Source: Mobula hypostoma
Taxonomy: Eukaryota
DNA length: 64,000 nt
NCBI RefSeq assembly: GCF_963921235.1
Contig: NC_086108.1
Span: forward strand, 68,326,001 to 68,390,000
Direction: 5' to 3'
In this document: piece by piece, positions 1 to 11,100 of the stretch
Layout of the letters: each line of letters starts with the position of its first letter
How positions within the stretch are numbered: the first letter of the stretch is position 1
Position numbers and translations under genes: made by a program
Notes under the pieces: generated by a model
Seen by the model: only the letters and a program-made list of their open reading frames with translations
Told to the model about the DNA's origin: nothing
The model's database searches: none

Positions 1-900
1 TTACACTCAAAGGAACAGCCAGAGAAAAACTCAAACCCAAACCCAATTTCTGACATCGGATCTTACTCAGTATCGTTAAAGTGTACTTCGGCATCCATCC
101 TGGTAATGATAGAATAGTTGTCTGTGTCTTTAAGGGAGACGGCGATGTCATTACGCATGGATGGGATAGTGAGGAGACCATTTTGCTTTCTGCTGAAGAC
201 GTGGTAGGGTGTTGGAATCGGGTTCCTCCTAGAGTGTGCTGGGCATGATGAGAAAAGGTGAGCATTAATTGACGATATCCATGTGAATTCGTTTATGGTT
301 GTTGGCAAATCGAGAATATCAGTAATTTGACATGTCTTACATGTGGATGCTTTAGATTTCCACGAGTAAAGGCATCGACGCTGGATCGCGTGGCTTATGC
401 AAAGTTCCTCACCATCCAAGTAGGTCAGTCTTCCTGTAATTTAACTACCAGGCAGTACCTTGTAAAAGTTGTGCCAACGTGTACCTTTTGTCTAACTTCA
501 TTGTATCGGGACTGATTGTGCATGTAACCGCGTAACGTGAATGTTTAGTCTCTGTTCGGAAGTTCAACACGTATGTACGTCTTAGATGAGAGGTATTCGC
601 TTACATTTTCCGCTGTTATGTATAAGATGCAGGGTGGGTGGGATTCTAATGTTGTTTTTATTGTGTTCCTTCAGGATTGCCACTACCGTATTAGTACCAT
701 ATTAGTTCTGGTATTTTTATACTGCATACGCAATTCTGTCCATACACAAGGGTGTGGATCGAAAGTTAAACTGAGATTGTAATGGCAAGAACTGGTTGTA
801 AGTTCGTTCATTTTGTTTTGCGACCCTCTTCTGGCACTTAAACATCTAAAACAGATAAAGGAATTAATACCCGAAAAAGTATTTGTCCTGAGCATGTACT
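1..900. promoter_or_regulatory. CpG-retaining, TE-free region; candidate promoter/5' UTR of the minus-strand gene
   Basis: Many CpGs by eye (e.g. catcgacgctggatcgcgtgg, taaccgcgtaacgtga, cacgtatgtacgtc) compared with the CpG-depleted unique DNA elsewhere in the window. Confidence 0.45.
67..98 (-). CDS. Candidate first coding exon of an unidentified host gene running off the left edge (MDAEVHFNDT[E/D]; alternative in-frame ATG at 158)
   Basis: The minus strand reads accaggATGG (strong Kozak context, ATG at 98-96) ... AAC GAT ACT GA|GTAAGA, a consensus splice donor at 66-61. It lies in non-repetitive CpG-rich DNA. Protein not recognised. Confidence 0.4.
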
Positions 901-1849
901 TTTCCCCAGGCTACAATTGTTACTCAGGTAAGTTGTGGAGACAAAAGCTTTGATATTTTGAAAATTAAATTGGATGTATTCACAAGAGGAAAAGCGATTA
1001 AAAGATAATAGAAATGGCACTGAAAATCTGAGATTGATTAAATTGGAGCAGATAGCAGGGCATTTGCCCTTTCTTGGAATGAATTCCCTATTTATGCATT
1101 CCACAGTGGAAAAAAGGTTTTTTTTTTATTACAACAGCTGGCATTAAAACTGGCAAACTCTCAACTACATCACAGAACTTAAAATTTACTTCTCAGACTA
1201 CTGATAAAGTGGAGCGTGTGCCAAATGTTCAAGATGTTGAAGTAATCTACCGGAAACGTCCCCTTTTTTTTAAAGTAGGCTGAAATAAGCTGTACAAGAG
1301 CATTTTGAAATACAGTACTCATTAAGTTTGGTTTTATAGTATAGTGTATCAATTATTGATCTTAAAGTGAGCAGTGTCACAACTGCCTTGCATGACTCAC
1401 AGTGAGTGCATTTTTGTCCTTTATACTAAAGGGGTCCCACGTAAATATTTCAGTCTTACATTTACACATAGTATATAAAAAATTATAACGCCCAATATTT
1501 CTAAGAGATTTGTTGGTCAATTTTCCTTAGCAACAACGTTGTCATAACAAAATGTGTATTGATTCTTTTCAGACAATGAGTGATTTATAGCAATGGGCTC
1601 TTATATTCAATTAAAATTGTAATGTTATCTTCTCTTTTACATTCCACCACCAGCTCCCACATCACATCCAAAGAATCTACACCCTGGAATGTTCATTGCC
1701 AATCCTACATAGCATTCAACCACATTCCATGAGCTCTCTAAGTTCATAAGGCTTGTATAGATTAGTTTGCAATGATATCGATGTCCAGCACTGCATTCCT
1801 CCCATATGCCTCATCAGGTCAATGTATACTGAACGAAGTTGGTTTTCTT

Positions 1850-2220
1850 TCTATATCTGACTGTTTTTTCACTCACTACTGTATTACTATTCTGTGTCTC
1901 ATCTGGGATGTTGTCAAAAGCTTTATTTTGGTCTATATACCTCACCAACCTCATCAACACACTTATTTACTTCTTCAAAAACCTCAGTCAAATTACTCAA
2001 AGAGAAACTTCCCTTAACAAAGACATGGCGCCTGTCTTTGATTATTTCATGTTTCTCCAAATGCCAAATGATCACAAAACACAGCGAAACATCAAGGATG
2101 CCTGCCACCCTGGTCATTCACTTTTATACTTCCTATCTTCTAGGAGAAGATGCAGGAACTTAAAAGCCTGGAGAACCAGATTCAAGAATAGTTTCTTACC
2201 CACCGCTTTCAGACTTCTTT
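1850..2220 (+). mobile_element. Old Rex1/Babar-type LINE, ORF C-terminal remnant
   Basis: IKDACHPGHSLLYFLSSRRRCRNLKAWRTRFKNSFLPTAFRLL matches the C-terminus of the better-preserved copies at 2400-3218 and 28897-29490. Its probable 3' tail resumes at about 3345-3405. Confidence 0.7.
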
Positions 2221-3340
2221 TCAGAATCAGAATCAGAATCAGGTTTATTATCACCAGCATGTGACGTGAAATTTGTTAACTTAGCAGCAGCAGTTCAATG
2301 CAACACATAATCCAGCAGAGAGAGAAAAAGTAATAATAATAAAATAAAACATAATAATAAATAAACAAGTAAATCAATTGCATATATTGAATAACTTTTT
2401 TAAATGTGCAAAAACAGAAACATTGTATATTTAAAAAAGTGAGGTCGTGTCCAAAGCTTCAATGTCCATTTAGGAATTGGATGGCAGAGGAAGAAGCTAT
2501 TCCTGAATCGCTGAGTGTGTGCCTTCAGGCTTCTGTATCTCCCACCTGATGGTAACAGTGAGAAAAGGGCATGCCCTGGGTGCTGGAAGTCCTTAATAAT
2601 GTACGATGTCTTTCTGAGACACCGCTCCCTAAAGATATCCTGGGTACTTTGTAGGCTAGTGCCCAAGATGGAGTTGACTAGATTTACAACCTTCTGCAGC
2701 TTCTTTCGGTCCTGTGCAGTAGCCCCTCCACACCAGACAGTGCTGCAGCCTGTCAGAATGCTCTCCATAGTCCAACTATAGAAATTTTTGAGTGTATTTG
2801 TTGACATGCCAAATCTCTTCAAATTCCTAATAAAGTATAGCCACTGTCTTGCCTTCTTTATGACTACATCAATGTGTTGGGACCAGGTTAGATCCTCAGA
2901 GGTCTTGACACCGAGGAACTTAAAGCTGCTCACTCTCTCCACTGCTGATCCCTCTATGAGGATTGGTATGTGTTCCTTCATCTTACCCTTCCTGAAGCCC
3001 ACAATCAGCTCTTTCGTCTTCCTGACATTGAGTGCCAGATTGTTACTGTGGCACCATTCCACTAGTTGGCATATTTCGCTCCTGTATACCCTCTCGTCAC
3101 CACCTGAGATCCTATCAACAACGGTTGTATCGTCAGCAAATTTGTAGATGGCATTTTGACCTATGCCTAGCCACACAGTCATGTGTATACAGAGAGTAGA
3201 GCAGTGGGCTAAGCACACACCCCTGAGGTGCGCCAGTGTTGAGCGTCAGTGAGGAGGATATGTTATCACCAATCCGCACAGATTGTGGTCTTCTGGTTAG
3301 GATGTCAAGGATCCAATTGCAGAGGGAGGTACAGAGGCCA
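2221..3340 (-). mobile_element. 5'-truncated Rex1/Babar-type LINE (RT C-terminal half plus DUF1891-like region)
   Basis: [28 protein letters not shown] and KKARQWLYF motifs; AATAAA followed by an (ATTCTG)n tail at 2221-2250. Confidence 0.9.
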
Positions 3341-3409
3341 GTTATAATGAGCTTCAAGCAAGCAAAGGAATTTCATTGCATCCTGGTGTATATGACGATG
3401 AACAATTCT

Positions 3410-4430
3410 GTTCCTACAGATATTGCAAGACTTGCTCAGTTCCTCTAGCATGTTGCTTGTTGCTCTAAATTTCAGCATCTATAGTCTTTTGTGCCTCTAA
3501 TCTAAATCTGAATCTGTATATGAATCAAAACCACAAAGAAATCATGTTCCGATCCGCTCGACACATTGTATCAGCTTGCAAATCTGCTAAAAAACTGGTC
3601 AAATGATTTCTGAATAATAAAGGTAAGCTTAGTGATCTCAAGCAATCAAGACAAGAAATGTGCAGCATATGCCGATTTGCACCTGGAAATCCTAACGTGT
3701 AACAGAAATCTAACGCCCTCCACTTCTATCAATAAATAACATAATTCACAGTGGAGAAGGTTGAGGACTGGCAGGCCACTATGGTGATGAAAAAGACAAT
3801 TGAAATAACTTGCAGAATGGCCACTTCAGGCAGAGCACAGATGCTTTACAAACCAGATATCTAATCTGCGCTTGATCTTGCAAATACGGTGGAGGCCACA
3901 CTGGGAGCACCAAATTCAGTAAACGTGGTTAGAAGAGGTAAATGTAAATCTTTGCCTCACCTAGAAAGTTGATCTAGGTCAACAGATGATGGTGAGAGAA
4001 GCAGTGTAGGAAAAATATTGCATCTATTGTAGCAGGGGAAGTGCCAAGGATCATGGAGGGGTGGGTGGGGAGGGATTAGCACACCAGGGAGTCACGGAAG
4101 GAGAAGACCCCACAACATGCAGGAAAAAATTGGGAGAAGAGATCCAGTTCGTACTGGGATCTAATTATAGCTGGCAGAAATGACTAAGGATGGTGTGCTG
4201 ATGCAGGGGCTGATACGGTGAAAATGGAACAATACAGTTCTCTAGTTCTCACTTCCCTCTTCACCATTATGGTGCTGGTTCCATCAACCTTTTACCTTTT
4301 ATCCTAATGGTTTCCATTATTACCTTTCTTACTTGACAAATTCCAGCACTTGTAAGCTTTATGTACTTTCTCATCACCCTCCGCTCTATCTTCGCTTTTA
4401 CCCTTACTTCCACCCTCCTGGCTCAATACT
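3410..4430. mobile_element. Highly decayed Penelope-like element remnants (terminal repeat tail +, GIY-YIG region -, pyrimidine-rich 3' region +)
   Basis: 3750-4200 aligns by eye with 43830-44270 (ggaggccacactgggagcacc, tgcctcacct); 3410-3500 resembles 46030-46110. Confidence 0.65.
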
Positions 4431-4861
4431 CTTTTTTTTTTGCATGCCTTGTAATTTTTTGCATCTTCAATATATTAAATACTTCATTGCCATACTCAAA
4501 AATAAGGGGAAAATTGAGCATTTATAAATGAACATCTAATCCTAATAACCACTGGTTTTCAGATTTCCTGTAAAATTTGAGTTACAGAATTGACTCAGAG
4601 AGGGGGGGAATGATACTATACTATTTGAACTCTTTACTTACAAATTTAGTAGCTGATAATAATACATGGTGTATAGCATACATTACCAATTATTTATTTT
4701 CTATCAAATCCTTTTAAAGCTGGATTGTATTAATCTGGATTATCAATACTGATTTCCAAGCATATAAAAATAAGAAAAGATTTAGAAACAAATGTCCACA
4801 AACCAACATGATAGTTATTTTAATTAAAATATATGAATTCTATTCAAGGATCTTGAAACAT

Positions 4862-5560
4862 TGAAGAACATAAGAAACTAAAGCAGCAGTAGGCTAATTA
4901 TCCCATGCTACATGCTCCATTTTTTACATCAACCTCAAATTTTCTGTACTGTACTAATCAAATGCTCTATGATTTCCTTAATATCCTAAGATTTATTAAT
5001 CTGTCTTGAGTATACTTAGTAAAAGTCTCCACAACCCTCTTGAAAAGTGAATTCAAAAGATTCACTAGCCTCTAGCTAAAGAAATATTTTTCTTACCTCT
5101 GTCCAGAATAACCAAATGCTTATTTTGGGACTGTGACTTCTGGTTCCAGGCACTTTCCCCAGGGAGATTATACTTGTGCACCAAAATAAAAATTCTGTAT
5201 ATTTCATGAGATCACCTCTCATTCTAACTACTCAAGAGAGTACAGACTCAGTTCTCCTAATCTCTCCTCAAAGGAATCCACAGCCAACTGCCTCCTGATC
5301 CTGTTTCCACCATCCCAGGAATCAAACTGGTAAACATTCAATGCACTCCCTTCAATGCAGGTATATTTTTCATTAGCTTAGGAAGATCAGACATACACAA
5401 TATTCTGGGTGCAGGCTCATCATGGCCTTCTATCATTGCACTTACTTCGATCATTGCCTCTACTCTTAAACTCAAACCTTTCGCACAAGAGTGCCAATAT
5501 AAAATTTATCTTCCCAATTGTCATACCTAGATATTAACTTTGTGACTTGTGTAAAAAAAT
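4862..5560 (-). mobile_element. Decayed CR1 LINE 3' fragment
   Basis: Reverse complement resembles the CR1 3' ends at 16800-17420 and 35300-35860 (gagatcacctctcattcta, catcccaggaatca, gaacataagaa tail). Confidence 0.75.
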
Positions 5561-5959
5561 ACTTCATTCTCTCATTATCTTTAAAAAAAACTGTTCTGTA
5601 TGGTACTGTGTTCTATTTTCCCTTCCCTTATCAAAATCTTGGTCGTTTTATGCAGATTTCTGATTTTTTCCCAATCCTCAGGCTTATTGTTGACTTTGAC
5701 ATCATCATAAGCTGTTTCCTTTGATCTAATATTATCTAAAGTCTCTCATGTTAGTGATGCATGTACCACATTTTCTATTAATGTTTTGTGCTTTAACGGG
5801 AAATATAATTGTTGTAAACTACATGTAAATTCTTCAAATGTTATTCACTGCTTGTTTACTGCAATTCTTCATATCTTCATACTTTGCCATTTAAATTTAA
5901 GACCATGGTTTTAAATAGAACTAAATATTTTTCTGTCTTTATATAAAAGGAGGAGGAAG

Positions 5960-6770
5960 AGTTTAGGAGGGTTAATGGCGCCTAACAGTGACTCTTCTGC
6001 TTGCATCTTCAGAAACAGCTCTATTTCCATCTTTAATATCTCTATTTTTTCCCTTTCAGGGTTCTTTTGAAGACCCTGACCTGATATTACACGCTGACTA
6101 CTGTTTTTTGCGGGAATGGGACCTGTTCTCGGGGTTTCACGAATAGCCGTTGTTCGGCACGCCAAGGGCTAAGCCTAAGAGCTTCGCTCGCCTTCAGAGG
6201 ACCAAGTTTTCGTGGCTCCGGAGATGGAGGAATCGGAGGTCGGTGTCTGAGCAGAAGACCTGTGTGTCCTGGGAGATGGAAGATCTAAGGCTGTGTGCGC
6301 AGAGACCCAAGATCTTTAGACAAAGAGCTCGCAATGGACTTTTAACATTGTAAACCAGCGAGTTGTTTGTTATACCTCCCCTCTCACTGTGAAACGGAGA
6401 CATCTCTTTCTCCCTTATTAGGAAGAGAGAGAGAGCCTGTGGTATGTCAAATGCCGGGTGAACAAGTAGTCTTTGGAGTACTGCAAGCCTGTGTCTTTGC
6501 TGTTGCCTTGCTCACGCTTGAGTGCTCAGTGGCAGGTGCCTTTACTTTCTTTTTGCCGGTGAGGGGAGGGGGGGATTGTTGCTTGCAGCCGCTTACGCAC
6601 GGTGGGAGGGGAGCTGGGGGGGCACTTTGGGGTTCTAGCATTTAACTGTCGTTCATTCTTTGGGGGCACTCCTCTGTGTTCGTGGATGGTTGTGAAGAAA
6701 AAGCATTTCAGGATGTATATTGTGTACGTTTCTCTGACATTAAATGTACCTTTGAAATCTTTGAAATACT
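5960..6770 (+). mobile_element. Putative non-autonomous retroelement with a CpG-rich body and a Rex1-like 3' tail
   Basis: GC/CpG-rich block starting near atggcgcc, no RT ORF, ending catttcaggatgtatattgtg...ATTAAA-tgtac-CTTTGAAA-t-CTTTGAAA, similar to the Rex tails at 40142 and 48138 (minus). Confidence 0.55.
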
Positions 6771-6964
6771 TTATGTCTCCTGTACTTGATTAACTTTTAG
6801 ATTCGGGAAAATGTGTATTCATCAAGTTTCTAACAATTCTAATCTCAATGAAAATAGTTATAAATAAAAACATGATAAAGCATTGCAGTAAAAGCATTGC
6901 TATTTTGTATAAAACAAAATACGTCATTAAAAGAGACTGGTGATTCTGTAGTACTAAAAGATTA

Positions 6965-7082
6965 AGCACAAAATACTCTGCAGATGCTGGGGTCAAAGCA
7001 AAACGCACAACACGCTGGATGTCGGGCAGCATCTGAGAAAATGAACAGTCAACATTTCGGGCCGAGACCCTTTGTCAGGACT
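6965..7082 (-). mobile_element. Penelope-like terminal repeat fragment with decayed hammerhead
   Basis: Minus strand 7082-7046 reads agtc-ctgacAa-agggtctcggccc-gaaaTgtT-gactg, followed by gatgctgcc...cagcatctgcaga. Confidence 0.8.
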
Positions 7083-7304
7083 TGCCTGTTATTTTTCTAC
7101 CATATCCTTCATATTTTCTACAATAAAATCTAACCAATCTCAGAAATTAAGGATTGCAAGTATCTGGTCTGATGAACAGATCATATTCAAATTCTGAGAT
7201 GTAATCTACACAACCTTGGAAAAGCATATTAAATTTATTCTGGATTTGTTAATTTTCTATATAATGACCCTAATATATAAGAATGCATATATAATCATAA
7301 GAAA

Positions 7305-7490
7305 ATTAGCTAGTACTGTTGCCTCACTGTCCCTGATTTGATCTTGACCTCGTATACTGTTGTATAGAATTTTCACATTGTCTCTGTTAAAATGTTAGTT
7401 TCCACTGGGTGCTCTTGTCTTCTCCCACATTCCAGAGATTCTAGCTGGTAGATTAATTGGCTACTAGAAAATGTCACTAGCATTGCTGGG
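7305..7490 (+). mobile_element. Decayed V-SINE (HE1-like)
   Basis: gtttccactgggtgctcttgtcttctcccacattccagaga...gattaattggct resembles the V-SINE central domain (gtttcctccgggtgctccggtttcctcccaca). Confidence 0.6.
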
Positions 7491-7639
7491 TGTTGAGAGA
7501 CTTAGGGTGACTTAAAAACTAACTTAAAGACTTTAAGGGACTTCAACTTCAAGTGCTGAAATTTATAAGAAAATTAGTACAGGGCAACATCTGTTTATTA
7601 AGTTTGAGAATAAAAGAAAATATCCTTATTATTCATAAA

Positions 7640-8120
7640 GAGAAGAGACTCGGCAGATGTTGGAAACCCTGAACAATCTATACAAAGTGCTGCAGGAACT
7701 CAGTGTGTCACACAGCATCTATGGAAGCAAATAAACAGTTGATATTTCAGGATGAGGCCCTGTATCAGGACTAAAAAGAAAAGGGGAAAAAAACAGAATA
7801 AGGTAGCTAGGGGAGGGGAAGCAGTACAAGCTGGCAAGTGATAGGTGTAAACAGGTGAGGGGAAAGGTGGGTAGGGGAGGAGGGGAATGAAGTAAGAAGC
7901 TAAATGGTGACAGGTAGAAGAGATAAAAACCAGAAGACAGTGATAGAGGACAGTGGGCCATGGAAGAAAGGGAAGGAAGAGGGACACTAGAGGGAGGTGA
8001 TGGGACGGGGAGAAGAGGTAAGAGGGCAACCAGAATTGGAAATGGGAAAAAAGACAAGGTGGGAGAGGGGAGGAATTATAGGAAGTTAGAGAAATTGATA
8101 TTCATGCCATCAGGTTGGAG
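7640..8120 (-). mobile_element. Penelope-like 3' end/terminal repeat with decayed hammerhead (7736-7772)
   Basis: Ends in ttcatgccatcaggttggag, as at 43751-43769; purine-rich 3' region; cagttgatatttcagg...atcaggact. Confidence 0.8.
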
Positions 8121-8179
8121 TCATGAGAAGAAACAGTACCAATGCTGAGCCCTGCAGAACACCATGAGTCACCCAAACC

Positions 8180-11100
8180 CCATGATACCATAACATTCCC
8201 CTTTTCACATAACTTTTCCATCTCCCATTCTAATTTGTACCACACATCCTGGCTATTGTTCGGAGGCCTGTATATAACTCCCATCGGGGTCTTTTTACCC
8301 TTGCAGTTTAACTCCAAACCACAAGGATTCTACATCTTGTGATCCTATGTCACCTCTTTAAGGACTTGACTTCATTTTTTACCAACAGCACAATCCCACT
8401 CCCTCATGCTTGGATCAGGTGTAACTGTCTTTTTTTAAACAGGTCTTGCCTTCCCCAGAAGGGATCCCAATGATCCAGAAATCCAAAATCCTGCCCCTTG
8501 CACCAATCCTCAGTCTCTCATTTATCTGCCAAATCATCCTATTCTTACCCTCACTGGCAGGGCCGGACTTTAGGCAGGGCTAGGCTGGGCTGCAGAGGGG
8601 CCCAAAATAGGTAGCTATCATCATGGCAGACAAAAAAAAATACGAGAGTGGAGCACAGAAAAGAAAAAAGAAACAAGAAAAAGAGGAACGTGAGAAAGAA
8701 GCACTAAAAAAGACATTGAAATTGACAGAATTTTTAAAATCTGTTCTCGATGATGCAGCAGTACCATTGGTCTGAGACCAGTGGACAAATGGAGACTTGT
8801 TCAACAGCTAGTGCTAGCACCATCGTTAGCATAGGACCACCGTCCTTGCCACAGTCAGCAGCTAACGTTGAAGAGGCAGAGGGCATGACTTTGGGATTCC
8901 CAACCACAGAGGCCTCTGAACAGCCAAGTCAGGCCACCATTAATGTTAACGTTACCGCTACTGAGGATCCTTACAGCACTGATCCTGCTCGCTGGGGAAA
9001 GGAAACGGTAGATGATTCAGTCTGAGCGTACTAGGCTAAGAAAGGGCCAGAGTCCTGCCAGAATAAGGATGTGGATATTAAAGCTTTGGAATGAGTATAC
9101 AAACAACAGAGGTGTTTTTTCTCCAAATTTCACTTCAATCGCAAGCTCGTACTGTAAATGGTGGGTACAATATCAAGGCAATGGCTCTTATATTCCCCTT
9201 CCACCGGCTGTGTGTTTTATTTTGCATGCCACATCTTCAGTGATGGTAACTGTCAGTCCATCTTCGAAACTGGCCTTAGTGACTGGAAACATGCCGCTGA
9301 GCACATAGGAGAGCATGAAAATAGCGAACACTACTGGAAAACGATACTGACCTACGTTACACTAGCATCTGACAGTGGAAGGATAGATACAGAACTGCAA
9401 AAAAAGTGTTGGTGGTTGTGAAATTTTTGGTCGAGAGGGGACTGGCTATCCAAGGCTCCAGTGACATATTTGGCAGGCCTGATAATGGCAACTACATAGG
9501 CTCAGATCCACAATGAGACAGGACAGGCTGAGTCATCTTACTCTGATGTCACTTGAAAGTAATCTTGTTCAGAAACTGGATTTTAGTGATCCGATCAAGG
9601 ACTTTGCTGCAAGAAATCCAGAAGAACTAGACTTTAATTTTGAAAAACAAGCATCTGACCTTGTAAATATCTAGGCTTGTGTGTCAGTGTTGTTCCTGTT
9701 TTTGTGGCAATAGGCTAATAGTTGACTGTTTACAAACTTAGTAAGTAATAAGTGGTCTTTACTGTGCAAGCCACACAGTACAGCAATAGGTTAGTATGTG
9801 CTAGATCTCATTTTTCAAAAAGATTGTTGGAGTATTGTCAAGTTTCCTAGTTTGCCATAGTGCCATCTCTCTTGGCCTTTTTGTCTCTCATTTCCATTTT
9901 ACTTTCTCAGAACACACAGTTGAGAAAAATACCAGATAAAAATGTTTTGGCATTGTTTGAGAGATAAGGCCTATGGTATGTGCAGCAATAGCTAAATAAA
10001 GATTTAAGATTGGGTACATCGTACTTCGTCTCTCTCATAACTTTACTAAGCCAATTAAGCCTAGGTCAATTTTGAGTGCATTAGATGCTGTCCTTCAAAC
10101 TAAGAATCTGCATTACTTTCTGTCCTTCCTCTTAAGGCCTGTAAGCTTATAGCCTACGTATTGTACAAAACCAATGTCTTGGTCCACAGCTTTGATATTT
10201 TGACCAGTACGACCTTTGCTCTTGTTCTTGCCTTTTTTTGCTTGGTACAGCTTCATTTTACGGTGTTGGCAGGGGCCCAGGGGCCCAGGGGCCCCGGCCC
10301 CACTAAATCCAGCCCTGCTCACTGACACATGACACAGGTAGCAATCCAGAGGTTACTACCCTGGACATCCTGCTTTTCAGAGAACTCCTTACATTATCTC
10401 TTCAGGACCTCCTACCTTTTCCTATCCATGTCATTGGTACCAATATGTACCACAACTTCTGGCTGCTCACTCTCCCCCTTTAGAACGCTGTGGACTCAAT
10501 CTGAGATATCCCAGCCCTGGCACCTTTTCGGTGTCTCTTTCAAATCTACAGAGTCTCCTGTCTGCTCCTCTAATTATGGAATTCATTATCACTACAGAAC
10601 TCCTCTTCTACCCCTTCCCTTCTGAGACACAGAGATCCAGTCGCCTGGTAAGCCATCTCCCCCCCACCGACCACCCCAGCCCCAAACCAATCCTTCTCCT
10701 GATTGTCACCCAGGTAGCTTCCTCCAGCAACATAGGGGTGACTACCTCTCTTTGGCTCCTATCTATCACCTCATTCTCTCGTATGAGCCGAAGATCATCG
10801 AGCTACAGCTCCAACTTGTTAACACTATCTCAAAGGAGCTGCAGTTCAATGCACTGTGTAGATGTAGTTTATCAGGGAGAATGGAGGTCTCCCAGAGATC
10901 CCACATCTCACACAAAAAATATACCATTAACCCTGGAGCAATTCTCACCATACTAACTTTGTACTAACAGACAAAGAAAGAGAGGAAAAAAACATTTTCT
11001 GAAAACTTACTTAGATCTTCCATCCCTTCTCGCCTAAGCTTGTTGAGCCAAAACCTGATCACTCTGACACTGTTCACTCCAATATAATTTCCAGCACTGG
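8180..11100 (-). mobile_element. CR1 LINE 5' portion (ORF1 esterase-like region plus endonuclease fragment), interrupted by a hAT element
   Basis: GKKTPMGVIYRPPNNSQDV endonuclease motif at 8200-8310; 8410-8557 and 10318-11100 resemble the CR1 ORF1 regions at 39150-40130 and 46750-47600. Confidence 0.75.
8558..10317 (+). mobile_element. Internally deleted hAT DNA transposon (Tip100-like, TTF zinc finger/DUF4371 transposase remnant)
   Basis: TIRs CAGGGCCGGACTTTAG / CTAAATCCAGCCCTG; 8-bp TSD ctcactgg (8550-8557) / ctcactga (10318-10325); MADKKKYESGAQKRKKK from ATG 8623; RQWLLYSPSTGCVFYFACHIF...DWK...HENSEH; C-terminal LRSTMRQDRLSHLTLMSLE. Confidence 0.9.

Noticed and set aside
2221..2243. Short tandem repeats as a CRISPR or satellite array
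   Set aside because: They are LINE 3' microsatellite tails with no spacers, and the DNA is eukaryotic.
7700..8148. Pro/Leu/Ser-rich and Gly/Arg/Glu-rich ORFs
   Set aside because: They are translations of the purine/pyrimidine-skewed PLE 3' region; the same occurs at 43330-43740, 45670-46120 and 51400-52500.
9158..9421. ZMYM1-like host gene exon
   Set aside because: Frameshifted transposase remnant inside a TIR/TSD-bounded hAT element.
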